Assembly (NCBI GenBank): GCA_963978095.1
Contig: CAXBQP010000055.1
Location: forward strand, 1-18,375
Reading direction: 5' to 3'
DNA: 18,375 nucleotides
Source: an uncultured bacterium
GTDB lineage: Bacteria > Gemmatimonadota > Gemmatimonadetes > Gemmatimonadales > Gemmatimonadaceae
Shown in pieces: positions 8,030 to 17,147 of this stretch (positions are counted from its first letter, which is position 1; the number at the start of each line of letters is the position of its first letter). The position numbers were made by a program, and so were the translations under genes. The notes under the pieces are model-generated. The model was not told where the DNA came from, searched no databases, and saw only the letters and a program-made list of their open reading frames with translations.

Positions 8030-9154
8030 ATGGCTACGACTGCCGCCCCGCACGCCGAGACCGCTCACGACACCTTTCCGATCAACGGAACGGATTACAT
8101 CGAGTTCTGGGTCGCGAACGCCAAGCAGTCGCAGTTGTACTACCGTCACGTGATGGGCTTCGAACTGCTCGCCTACCGCGGTCCCGAGACCGGCGTCCGA
8201 GACCGCGCCAGCTACCTCCTGCAGCAGGACAAGCTGCGCTTCGTCCTGACCACCCCGATGGGACCCGAGGGGGAGATCGCGGCGCACATCGCGTTGCATG
8301 GCGACGGCGTGCGTGATCTCGCCTTCTGGGTCGACGATTGTCGCGACGCCTACGCCAAAGCGATCGAGCGTGGTGCCCGCAGCGTCCACCCGCCGCGCGT
8401 CGACCGCGATGCATCCGGCGAGGTCGTCATCGCTGCAATCGCCACGTACGGTGACACCATTCACTCGATCGTCGAGCGCAAGAACTACACCGGCACCTTC
8501 TTGCCGGGCTTCGTCACGGCAACGCCGGCGTTCGTGGCGAAGCCGGCGGGGCTGAAATACGTGGATCATTGCGTCGGCAACGTCGAGTTGGGGAAGATGA
8601 ATCACTGGGTGGAGTTCTACTCGCGCGTGTTGGGCTTCTACAACCTCCTGTCCTTCGACGACAAGCAGATCTCCACTGAGTACTCGGCCCTCATGTCGAA
8701 GGTGATGTCGAACGGCAACGGACGCATCAAGTTCCCGATCAACGAGCCGGCGGCGGGAAAGAAGAAATCGCAGATCGAGGAGTACCTCGATTTCTATCGT
8801 GGCCCCGGGGTGCAGCATATCGCGATCGCCACCGACGACATCGTCAAGACCGTCCGCGATCTGAAGAGCCGCGGGATGGAGTTCCTCAGCATCCCGCGCA
8901 CGTACTACGAGACGGTGCTCGATCGCGTGGGCACGATCGACGAGGAGCTCGCGCCGCTCGCCGAGCTCGGCATCCTGATCGACCGGGATGACGAAGGTTA
9001 CCTGTTGCAGATCTTCAGCAAGCCCGTCCAGGACCGCCCGACGCTGTTCTATGAGATCATCCAGCGAAAGGGCGCCAAGAGCTTCGGGGCGGGCAACTTC
9101 AAGGCGCTGTTCGAATCGTTGGAGCGCGAACAGGCGATCCGGGGAAACCTCTGA
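8030..9154 (+). CDS. hppD: 4-hydroxyphenylpyruvate dioxygenase
   Basis: Fe ligands in DHCVGNV, GVQHIA and FYEIIQR. Also KSQIEEYL, GYLLQIF and C-terminal FGAGNFKALFESLERE. Confidence 0.97.
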   Translation: MATTAAPHAETAHDTFPINGTDYIEFWVANAKQSQLYYRHVMGFELLAYRGPETGVRDRASYLLQQDKLRFVLTTPMGPEGEIAAHIALHGDGVRDLAFWVDDCRDAYAKAIERGARSVHPPRVDRDASGEVVIAAIATYGDTIHSIVERKNYTGTFLPGFVTATPAFVAKPAGLKYVDHCVGNVELGKMNHWVEFYSRVLGFYNLLSFDDKQISTEYSALMSKVMSNGNGRIKFPINEPAAGKKKSQIEEYLDFYRGPGVQHIAIATDDIVKTVRDLKSRGMEFLSIPRTYYETVLDRVGTIDEELAPLAELGILIDRDDEGYLLQIFSKPVQDRPTLFYEIIQRKGAKSFGAGNFKALFESLEREQAIRGNL

Positions 9155-10338
9155 TGCCGCAGTACCACCTTCTCGGACAGGTGCCGCGCAAACGGCACAT
9201 CATCTTCCGCAAGCCGGACGGCGGGCTGTACGCAGAGCAGTTGATGGGCAATGAGGGCTTCACGGGCGTGGCCTCGTTGCTGTATCACGTCCATCCACCG
9301 ACGACGGTGAAGTCCGCGCGACGGATCTGTGATGTTGCCTATGAAGCGGACCCGGACCGTACCTTGCGGCATCGGCACTTCCGCACGTCCGGACTCCCCC
9401 GGGGAGGCAGCCCCACGCTCGATCGCGTCCCGCTGCTCTTCAACGACGACATCGCGATGCTGTGGTCCCAGCCGGACAAGCAGGACGAGCATTTCTATCG
9501 CAACTCGCAGGGCGACGAAGTGGTCTATGTCGCGGAAGGGGAGGGGCATCTCGAGACGCAGTTCGGCAACCTGCCGATCGTGCCGGGTGACTATCTCGTC
9601 ATCCATCGCAACATCATGCACCGCTACCACTTCACGAAGCCGGCCAAGCTCCTCGTGATGGAGAGTCGTGGCTACGTCCGGACCCCGAGCCGGTACCGGA
9701 ATGACTACGGGCAGATCGTGGAGGGTGCGCCGTACAGCGAGCGAGACTTCCGGATCCCGCGTGAACTCGTCACCAACGACGAACGCGGCGATTTCGCGAT
9801 CATCACCAAGCAGTACAATGGGCTGACGGAGCACATCCTCGATCATCATCCGTGTGACGTCGTCGGCTGGGACGGGATGTTCTATCCGTGGGCCTTCAAC
9901 ATCCACGATTTCGAGCCGATCGTCGGCCGCGTGCATCAACCCCCGCCGGTGCACCAGACGTTCCAGGGCGACGGCTTCGTGATCTGCTCGTTCTGCCCGC
10001 GTCCGTATGATTTCGACCCGCAATCGATTCCCGCACCCTACAATCACAGCAACGTTGACTCCGACGAGGTGCTGTTCTACGCCTCGAGCGAATTCATGAG
10101 TCGCAAGGGGATCGAGTACGGTTCGATCACACTGCACCCGGATGGACTTCCCCACGGACCGCACCCGGGACGCGCCGAGGCATCGATCGGTGCCAAAGCC
10201 ACCGACGAGCTCGCGGTGATGATGGATGCGTTCCGTCCGCTCAAGGTGGCCAAGGCGATTCTCCCGATCGAGGATCTCAAGTACACCACGAGTTGGATCG
10301 ACGCGCAGGGGGGCGGATTCTCTCCGCCCACCTCGTGA
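9154..10338 (+). CDS. hmgA: Homogentisate 1,2-dioxygenase
   Basis: Coupled to hppD by TGATG overlap. Motifs FYRNSQGDE, DVVGWDG, HQPPPVHQTF, CSFCPR, PYNHSNVDSDEV (His/Glu ligands), HGP, ELAVMMD. Confidence 0.94.
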   Translation: MPQYHLLGQVPRKRHIIFRKPDGGLYAEQLMGNEGFTGVASLLYHVHPPTTVKSARRICDVAYEADPDRTLRHRHFRTSGLPRGGSPTLDRVPLLFNDDIAMLWSQPDKQDEHFYRNSQGDEVVYVAEGEGHLETQFGNLPIVPGDYLVIHRNIMHRYHFTKPAKLLVMESRGYVRTPSRYRNDYGQIVEGAPYSERDFRIPRELVTNDERGDFAIITKQYNGLTEHILDHHPCDVVGWDGMFYPWAFNIHDFEPIVGRVHQPPPVHQTFQGDGFVICSFCPRPYDFDPQSIPAPYNHSNVDSDEVLFYASSEFMSRKGIEYGSITLHPDGLPHGPHPGRAEASIGAKATDELAVMMDAFRPLKVAKAILPIEDLKYTTSWIDAQGGGFSPPTS

Positions 10339-10350
10339 CACCGGACGCGC

Positions 10351-10983
10351 ATGGCTGACGCACCGCTGACGTTCGATCTCGGGGGGCTTACGCTCCCCGA
10401 GCGCGGGCGACTCCTGGGGCGGGTCATCGCGCCGCGCCCCGTTGCGTTCGTGTCGTCGCACTCCGCGGCCGGCATCGGGAATCTCTCGCCCTTTTCGTTC
10501 TTCACGGCGGGCGGCAGCAACCCGCCCTCCTTGGTGTTCTGCACCGTGAACGATCGGCACGGACGCCGCAAGGATACGCTCGTGAACATCGAAGCCACCG
10601 GGGAGTTCGTCGTGAACACGGTGGCCACGCCGATGATCGCGCGCATGAATCAAAGTTCCTTCGAGTATCCCCCTGACGTGGACGAGTTCGACGCGGCCGG
10701 CTTCACCCGGGCGCCCAGCGTGCGCGTCGCCCCCCCGGGCGTCGCCGAGTCTCCAGTGCGCCTGGAATGTCGGCTGCAGCAGATCCTCACCCACGGTGAC
10801 GGACCCCAAGCCTCGAACTACATCATCGGCGAAGTCCTGGTGATCCATGTCGATCCCGCCGTCTGCACCGACGGACTGCCCGACAACGCCAAGCTGCAGC
10901 AGGTTGCCCGGCTCGGCGCCGACCTCTATCTCACGGTGACGCAGGACGACCTCTGGTCGCTCACGCGTCCCACGGCCCCCTGA
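10351..10983 (+). CDS. Flavin reductase-like (FMN-binding split barrel, DIM6/NTAB/flavoredoxin family) protein
   Basis: Motifs PRPVAFVS, NLSPFSFF, KDTLVNIEATGEFVVN, ESPVRLEC, ARLG..Y. It lies 12 nt after hmgA. Confidence 0.88.
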   Translation: MADAPLTFDLGGLTLPERGRLLGRVIAPRPVAFVSSHSAAGIGNLSPFSFFTAGGSNPPSLVFCTVNDRHGRRKDTLVNIEATGEFVVNTVATPMIARMNQSSFEYPPDVDEFDAAGFTRAPSVRVAPPGVAESPVRLECRLQQILTHGDGPQASNYIIGEVLVIHVDPAVCTDGLPDNAKLQQVARLGADLYLTVTQDDLWSLTRPTAP

Positions 10984-10985
10984 CC

Positions 10986-12158
10986 ATGCCAAGATTCTCC
11001 GATCGGTTCACCGGACTCCCGCCATACCCGCTCGCGACCATTCCGCAGCGGAAGCGCGAGCTGCTGGCTCGCGGCATCGATGTGATCGACCTGGGCGCCG
11101 GCGATGCGGACCTCGCGCCGCCGCAGGCAGCCATCGATGCGCTGGCGGATGTCGGTACTTCGCCCGCGCTCAGTCGCTACGGTTTCGGGCTCGGCTTGCC
11201 CGCGTTCCGCACCGCCGCGGTCGACTGGATGCAGAAGCGCTTCGGACACCGCTTCGATCCCATCACCGAGGTCGTGCCGTTGCTCGGCTCCAAGGAAGGT
11301 CTGTCGCATCTCGCGCTCGCGTATGTCCAAAAGGGGGACACGACCATCGTCCCCGATCCGGGCTACAACGCCTACCGGGGTGGCACGCAGCTCGCCGACG
11401 GAGAACCCTACCTGTATCCGATCACGCCGCGCACCAACTTCCTCGTGGAGTTGGATGAGATTCCGGACGACATCATGCGCCGCGCCCGGATCCTCTACCT
11501 GAACTACCCGAACAATCCCACCGGGGCGATCGCGCCACTCGACTATCTCGCGCGCGTGGTCGAGCGGTGCCGTGAGCGGGATATCGTCCTGGTGTATGAT
11601 AATCCGTACGCCGAAATGACCTTCGACGGCTACGTGGCGCCGAGCATCTTTGACGTGGAAGGCGCACGCGACGTGGCCATCGAGTTCCACTCCATGTCGA
11701 AGACCTTCAACATGACCGGCTGGCGCTGCGGCTGGGCGGCGGGGAATGCGGACATCGTGGGGGCATTGTCACGCGTGAAGAGCTTCGTCGACACCGGCCA
11801 GTTCCAGGGCGTCCAGCACGCGGCGGTCGCGGCGATGCGCGTGGCCGACGACTGGCTGCCGGGGAATCTCGCGGTCTTCAAGGAGCGCCGCGACGCGGCG
11901 GTCGCGGCCTTTCAGGCCAACGGGTTCCCGTGCGAGGCGCCGAAGGCCACGATGTATCTCTGGATTCCGCTCCCGTCACACATCACGAGCCAGGAGTTCC
12001 ACGAGCGGATGCTCGAGGCGGGCGTCGTGGTGCTGCCCGGCTCGGCACTCGGTGCCGGCGGGGAAGGCTTCTTCCGCGTGTCGTTCATCACCTCCCCCGC
12101 GCGCATCGCGGAAGCCGCCGCGCGCGCCGGAGAGGTGCTGCGCTCATTCTCCGTCTAA
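10986..12158 (+). CDS. Class I/II PLP aminotransferase (LL-DAP aminotransferase DapL2/AlaC/MtnE-like subfamily; substrate uncertain)
   Basis: Motifs VIDLGAGD, GSKEG, PDPGY, LNYPNNPTG, DNPY, IEFHSMSKTFNMTGWR (PLP Lys), GFFRVS. It lies 2 nt after the flavin reductase gene. Confidence 0.88.
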   Translation: MPRFSDRFTGLPPYPLATIPQRKRELLARGIDVIDLGAGDADLAPPQAAIDALADVGTSPALSRYGFGLGLPAFRTAAVDWMQKRFGHRFDPITEVVPLLGSKEGLSHLALAYVQKGDTTIVPDPGYNAYRGGTQLADGEPYLYPITPRTNFLVELDEIPDDIMRRARILYLNYPNNPTGAIAPLDYLARVVERCRERDIVLVYDNPYAEMTFDGYVAPSIFDVEGARDVAIEFHSMSKTFNMTGWRCGWAAGNADIVGALSRVKSFVDTGQFQGVQHAAVAAMRVADDWLPGNLAVFKERRDAAVAAFQANGFPCEAPKATMYLWIPLPSHITSQEFHERMLEAGVVVLPGSALGAGGEGFFRVSFITSPARIAEAAARAGEVLRSFSV

Positions 12159-13459
12159 GCCCGGGCGAGAACTCGCGCGACCTCGGCGACCGTCGCATCG
12201 ATCGGGATCGGCCGGTTCGCGCGCGGCGGCACCGGCCGCATCTTCTCGTGATACTGCACCACGAGCTCCGGGTCCTTGAGCACATGCCCCGTGAGTACGG
12301 CGACCACTGAATCGCTCGCGCCGATCAGTCCTGAGGCGCGGGCGGCGCGCACCCCGGCGACACTCGCCGCGCTCGCCGGCTCGCATCCGACGCCGGCGGC
12401 ATCGATCACTGCCTTCGCGTCGAGAATCGCGTCATCGTTGACGGCCAACACCGCGCCGTTCGTCTCCCGGATCACCCGGACCGCGCGGTCCCAGCTGGCG
12501 GGATCGCCGATGCGGATCGCCGTTGCGACGGTTGCCGCGCGCACGGGTTCGTGCGTCGTGAAGCCGGTCTCGAAGGCATGCGCGAAGGGTGCCGCCCCCA
12601 TCGCCTGCACGGCGAGGACGCGCGGCATCGTCGTGATGAGCCCGAGCGCATGCAGTTCGCGCAACGCCTTCCCGAACGCCGAGGTGTTGCCCAGGTTCCC
12701 CGCGGGCAGCACGATCCAGTCGGGCGCGTGCCATCCGAGCTGCTGGAGCATCTCGAACACGATCGTCTTCTGGCCTTCGACGCGCCACGGATTGATCGAG
12801 TTGGCGAGATACACCCCGAGTTCACGCGACGACTCGCGGGCGAGGCGCAGACAGTCGTCAAAATCCCCCTTCACGATCAGCGTGCGCGCGCCGTAGGCCA
12901 ACGCCTGCGCGATCTTGCCGAGCGCGATCTTGCCCTCGGGAACGAACACCAACGCCGGAAGGCCCGCTTGGGCGGCGTACGCCGCCAGCGAGGCCGATGT
13001 ATTGCCGGTAGACGCACACGCAACGGCCGTGGCCGCCGTCCGGACCGCGTGGGTGACCGCCGCCGTCATGCCGCGATCCTTGAACGAGCCCGTCGGGTTT
13101 CGTCCCTCGTGCTTCAGCATCAGGGCCGGTACGCCGGCGTACTCCGCGATGCGCGCGCGGTGCAGGAGGGGGGTGTTGCCCTCCGGATGGCTCACGATGC
13201 TCCCGTCGCCCGGCATCACGAGCTCGCGAAAGCGCCAGACCCCGCTCGATTCACTGCCGAAATGGGTACAGCACCGTCCGCCGAACCGCGACAGGAGCGC
13301 CGCGCCGTGCGTCGCGGGCTGCGGATGAATCACCTCGAGCAATCCATCGCAGGTCGGGCAGGAGCTCGCGGTCAGCGCGAAGGGCCACTCCGCAGCGCAC
13401 GAACCGCACCGTTGAATGCTCGGGGCGTCCTCGGCGCCGAACACGGCCTCATGCGACAT
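12155..13459 (-). CDS. thrC: Threonine synthase with N-terminal zinc-ribbon-like CxxC...CxxC
   Basis: Motifs EGNTPL, KHEGRNPTGSFKDRG, CASTGNTSAS, NSINPWRVEGQKT, PAGNLGN, EPASAA, LTGHVLKD. GGAGG (13470-13466) sits 6 nt before ATG 13459. Overlaps the thrB stop by 11 nt. Confidence 0.93.
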   Translation of the reverse strand: MSHEAVFGAEDAPSIQRCGSCAAEWPFALTASSCPTCDGLLEVIHPQPATHGAALLSRFGGRCCTHFGSESSGVWRFRELVMPGDGSIVSHPEGNTPLLHRARIAEYAGVPALMLKHEGRNPTGSFKDRGMTAAVTHAVRTAATAVACASTGNTSASLAAYAAQAGLPALVFVPEGKIALGKIAQALAYGARTLIVKGDFDDCLRLARESSRELGVYLANSINPWRVEGQKTIVFEMLQQLGWHAPDWIVLPAGNLGNTSAFGKALRELHALGLITTMPRVLAVQAMGAAPFAHAFETGFTTHEPVRAATVATAIRIGDPASWDRAVRVIRETNGAVLAVNDDAILDAKAVIDAAGVGCEPASAASVAGVRAARASGLIGASDSVVAVLTGHVLKDPELVVQYHEKMRPVPPRANRPIPIDATVAEVARVLARA

Positions 13460-14405
13460 CCACATCCTCCGGAAGAGCGAGGGCGCCCCGCGGCGCCGGT
13501 CGGCAGACGCGGGGCGTGCAGGCGATGCCGGCGGCGGCGTATGAGCGGACGACCGCGTCGGCTACCGTCTCGGCCGCGGCCGCGCTCGTGCAGAGGTAGA
13601 ACGACGTCGGGCCGGCACCGGAGATCGACCCGCCGAGTGCGCCTGCCGCGATCGCGGCCGCTTTGGACGCGACGAATCCCGGCAGCAGGATGCCGCGCGC
13701 CGGCTCCGCGATCTGATCGTCGAGCGCACGCCCCAGCAGCGCAAGATCCCCGGTGAAGCATCCCGCGACCATCGCGGCCACCTGCGCCATCTGATGGATC
13801 GTGGTGTCCCGTGCGATGAATCGGGGGAGCGCCGCCCGCGCCTCTGCGGTTTTCATGCGCTGATCCGGGTGCGCCAGCACCACGTGCAGCCCGTCAGGGA
13901 TCGGGAGCGGCACGATGTCCATCGGCGCGACGCTGCGGACGAGACAGATCCCACCGTACAGCGCCGGCGCAAGATTGTCGGCGTGTCGTCCGGAAACGGT
14001 CGCTTCGGCTTCCAGTGCACACTCGAGCAGTTCCACGTCAGTCAGCGGTGACCCGAGCAGTCGGTTCGTCGCAACGGCCCCCGCGACGGCAGAGGCGGCG
14101 CTCCCCCCTTGGCCGCCTGCCAACGGTAGTCCTTTCGTCACGAAGAGCCGCAGGCCAACGTCCGAGGCGGAGGCGCGACGCAGCACCTGGGACGCGGCGA
14201 TGCTCGCGGTGTTCGCAGTGGGATCCGTCGGAAGCTCCGGATGCCCGGCGTCCGCCACTTCGATGCCCGCGGCCGCCCGGCGCTCGACGCGCACGCGATC
14301 GCCAGGGCCCGTGACGGCCATTCCCAGAACGTCGAGTCCCGGGCCGATGTTGCCGATGCCAGCCGGCGCCAGTGCCGCGGCGTGATCGCGAAGCGAGAGA
14401 GACAT
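13449..14405 (-). CDS. thrB: Homoserine kinase (GHMP family)
   Basis: Motifs APAGIGNIGPGLDVLG, GHMP loop PLAGGQGGSAASA, HADNLAPALYGG, AEPAR, ISGAGPT. Directly upstream of thrC. ATG 14405 is chosen because the ORF-track start overlaps the divergent permease. Confidence 0.9.
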   Translation of the reverse strand: MSLSLRDHAAALAPAGIGNIGPGLDVLGMAVTGPGDRVRVERRAAAGIEVADAGHPELPTDPTANTASIAASQVLRRASASDVGLRLFVTKGLPLAGGQGGSAASAVAGAVATNRLLGSPLTDVELLECALEAEATVSGRHADNLAPALYGGICLVRSVAPMDIVPLPIPDGLHVVLAHPDQRMKTAEARAALPRFIARDTTIHQMAQVAAMVAGCFTGDLALLGRALDDQIAEPARGILLPGFVASKAAAIAAGALGGSISGAGPTSFYLCTSAAAAETVADAVVRSYAAAGIACTPRVCRPAPRGALALPEDVDVA

Positions 14406-14496
14406 ATTCTCGGACGTTAGCGAAGCGCGCGGGTAGTGTCCATTGCGCGGCGGGGTCGATACATTTTCGCCGTTGCTGAATCCTGAGGAGTCTCGC

Positions 14497-15822
14497 GTGT
14501 CCGACGTCCCTTCGACAGCGCTCAAGCGCAGCCTCACGACCACCTCGTTGGTGGCGGTGATGTTTTTTTCCGTGTCCGGCGGCGCCTACAGCCTTGAGGG
14601 ACTCGTCAAAGCCACCGGGCCGGGGCTCGCGCTGCTGATGTTGCTCGTGCTGCCCATCTGCTACTCGTTGCCGGAGACGTTGATCGTCGGTGAGCTCGCC
14701 AGCATGCTGCCGGAGGAAGGGGGCTACTACCGATGGGTCCGGCGTGCGTTCGGGGAAGGGTGGGGGTTCCAGAATGGATGGACCACGTGGCTCTACTCCC
14801 TCGTGGACATGGCGCTGTATCCCGTCCTGTTCAACCTGTATCTCAAGTGGTTCTTCCCGGGACTGAGTGACCGCGTGACTTGGATGGTCTCGCTCGCCCT
14901 GATCTGGGCGGCCACGGGCATCAACCTTCGGGGCGCGATGCGTGTCGGGCACGTGAGCGTCTGGGCGGGTGGATTCATCGTTGCAGGATTCGTCGCCCTC
15001 GGGGTGATCGCGGTTCCGCACATGACCCATGCGCCCTGGACCCCCTTCCGAACCACCACCCATTCACTCGGCGCTGGGCTCGCCGTGGGACTGTCCACGG
15101 CACTCTGGAACTTCATCGGATGGGACAACGCGAGTACCGTGCAGGGGGAGGTCGTCGATCCAACGCGCACCTACCCGAGGGCACTCGCGATCGCACTGCC
15201 GCTCGTCGCACTCGTGTACTTCGTTCCCGTGGTCCCCTCTCTTGCCGCGACGGACTGGACGACCTGGACGGAAGGCAGTTGGCCGCAGATCGCGCGGTCG
15301 ATGGGCGGGCGCAGCGGCACGATCGTGGCCTGGTGGCTCGCGATCGGCGGCATGGTCGGTGCGGCGGCGCTGTTCAATGCGCTGCTGCTCAGTTACTCGC
15401 GACTGCCGGTCGCGCTCGCCGGCGACCGATTGCTGCCGCAGTTCATCGCCTTCACCGACAGCCGCGGCACGCCGCGGAATGCGATCCTGGTGGCCGCGGT
15501 GTTCTACTCGGTGTTCACCCTGCTGCCGTTCAGTTCGCTGATCGTGGCGGACGTGCTGCTGTACAGCGCGGCGTTGCTCATGGAGCTGGCGGCCCTCGTG
15601 CAGCTGCGCCGCAAAGAGCCGGAGCTGCGGGGCGCCTTCCGGATTCCGCTTGGCACACGCGGAGTCGCCGTGCTGGCCGCGATGCCCGCCTGCGTACTCG
15701 TGTTGGTCGTCGTGCTCTCATACACCGAGGGCGACGTGGCGCTCCCGTCGCTCCTCGGCTCCGTCATCGCGATGGCGATCGGTCCCCTCGTCTATCGCGC
15801 GTGCCGCCCGAAGGCCGCGTAG
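14497..15822 (+). CDS. APC-superfamily amino acid/polyamine permease
   Basis: About 12 hydrophobic segments. Motifs FFSVSGGAY, GELASMLPEEGGYYRWV, WNFIGWD, GEVVDP, LRRKEPEL..F. GAGGAG (14485-14490) sits 6 nt before GTG 14497. Confidence 0.9.
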   Translation: MSDVPSTALKRSLTTTSLVAVMFFSVSGGAYSLEGLVKATGPGLALLMLLVLPICYSLPETLIVGELASMLPEEGGYYRWVRRAFGEGWGFQNGWTTWLYSLVDMALYPVLFNLYLKWFFPGLSDRVTWMVSLALIWAATGINLRGAMRVGHVSVWAGGFIVAGFVALGVIAVPHMTHAPWTPFRTTTHSLGAGLAVGLSTALWNFIGWDNASTVQGEVVDPTRTYPRALAIALPLVALVYFVPVVPSLAATDWTTWTEGSWPQIARSMGGRSGTIVAWWLAIGGMVGAAALFNALLLSYSRLPVALAGDRLLPQFIAFTDSRGTPRNAILVAAVFYSVFTLLPFSSLIVADVLLYSAALLMELAALVQLRRKEPELRGAFRIPLGTRGVAVLAAMPACVLVLVVVLSYTEGDVALPSLLGSVIAMAIGPLVYRACRPKAA

Positions 15823-15835
15823 CGCGCAACGGGAG

Positions 15836-17125
15836 TCAGGGCCGGCGGTAGATCGCCCCGCCCTTCATGACCAGCCGCACCGCGCTCGCCCGCGTCTTGG
15901 TGATGTCCTTGGTCGGGTCCCCTTCCACCGCGATCAGGTCGGCGAGCAATCCGGGTTTCACGCTCCCCACGCGGGTCTCCATGTGCAACACCTTCGCGTT
16001 CACACTCGTTGCGGCCTTGAGCGCGCCGACCGGCGTCATCCCGTAGTTCACGAGCAACTCGAGTTCGCGTGCGTTGTCACCGTGCGTGAAGACCCCGACG
16101 TCACTGCCGTTGCAGATCGTGACGCCCGCGTCGAGGGCCATCTTGAAGGTCGCACGCTTGCGGGCGATCGATGCGGGCTCGGGATCGACGCCCTTCTTCC
16201 ATCCCGCGTACTGCGTGGTGGCGTCGCCGGCCGCGAGCGTCGGGCAGAACGCCACGCCCTTCTCCTTCATGAGCGCGAAGACCTCAGGCGTCCCGCCGTC
16301 GCCGTGTTCGATGTCCTCGACGCCCGCCATGATCGCACGGCGCATCCCTTCGGGCGTGGACGAGTGCGCCACCACGGCGCGTCCGCTCGAGCGCGCCGTT
16401 TCGACCATCGCACGCAGCTCGACCTCACTGAAGGTGGGCATCGTCTGACCGTTCGGGCCCCAGCGGTAATCGGCGTAGACTTTGATCCAGTCGGCGCCGT
16501 GCGCGATCTGGTCGCGCGTGACGCGGATCACGTCCTCCGGACCGTTCGCTTCCTCGGCTCCCTGCGGCGGCTCGAACGCGAAGTCCACGCGGCGCGGGGC
16601 GTAGGAGCCGGTCGCGACGATCGCACGGGTCGTCACGAGCATGCGTGGGCCGGGAATGATGCCTTGATCGATCGACTGCTTGAGTCCCACGTCCGCGTAG
16701 CCAGCCCCTTCCGTGCCGAGATCGCGCACCATCGTCCAGCCGGCCATGAGCGTGTTGCGTGCATGATTCACCGCGCGTGCCGTCCGGAGGGCCAGCGGCT
16801 CCTTGAGAACCTGGTCGTTCCATGCTGCTTCGTTGTACGGATGCAACAGCAGGTGCGAATGCGCCTCGATCAACCCGGGCATGAGCGTCGTACCCGGCAG
16901 GTCGATCACGGTCGCGCCTTTGGGCGAGCCGACCTCGCTGGCGCTGCCGACCGCGGCAATCTTGTCGCCGCGCACCAACACGCTCCAGCCGGCGTGCGGC
17001 ACGTCCGTCACGCCATCCCATACGGCCGCGGGACGCAGCAGCACCAGCGAATCCTTCGGCGGAGATGCCTGCGCGGCAAGAACCGCCGGGACACTCAACA
17101 AGGCCAGCAATCGGGGATGACGCAT
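15836..17125 (-). CDS. Secreted metal-dependent amidohydrolase (Xaa-Pro dipeptidase/carboxypeptidase-like)
   Basis: Binuclear-site motifs [26 protein letters not shown], and C-terminal [10 protein letters not shown]. Signal peptide [19 protein letters not shown]. Start may be 17125, 17131 or 17134. Confidence 0.88.
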   Translation of the reverse strand: MRHPRLLALLSVPAVLAAQASPPKDSLVLLRPAAVWDGVTDVPHAGWSVLVRGDKIAAVGSASEVGSPKGATVIDLPGTTLMPGLIEAHSHLLLHPYNEAAWNDQVLKEPLALRTARAVNHARNTLMAGWTMVRDLGTEGAGYADVGLKQSIDQGIIPGPRMLVTTRAIVATGSYAPRRVDFAFEPPQGAEEANGPEDVIRVTRDQIAHGADWIKVYADYRWGPNGQTMPTFSEVELRAMVETARSSGRAVVAHSSTPEGMRRAIMAGVEDIEHGDGGTPEVFALMKEKGVAFCPTLAAGDATTQYAGWKKGVDPEPASIARKRATFKMALDAGVTICNGSDVGVFTHGDNARELELLVNYGMTPVGALKAATSVNAKVLHMETRVGSVKPGLLADLIAVEGDPTKDITKTRASAVRLVMKGGAIYRRP

Positions 17126-17147
17126 GGACATCACTCGCGGTAAGGGG

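Noticed and set aside
8030..10338. Pyomelanin, plastoquinone or other secondary-metabolite cluster built on hppD
   Set aside because: hmgA looks intact and is coupled to hppD, which points to catabolism. There are no prenyltransferase or NRPS genes nearby.
9049..10992. 647-aa antisense ORF opposite hmgA and the flavin reductase gene
   Set aside because: Same codon-bias artefact, with no domain signatures or start signals.
14406..14496. Threonine attenuator, leader peptide or T-box upstream of thrB
   Set aside because: The 91-nt divergent intergenic region has no Thr/Ile-rich mini-ORF, terminator hairpin or T-box motif.
15650..17143. 497-aa + strand ORF opposite the amidohydrolase
   Set aside because: Antisense shadow that also overlaps the permease, with no recognisable motif.
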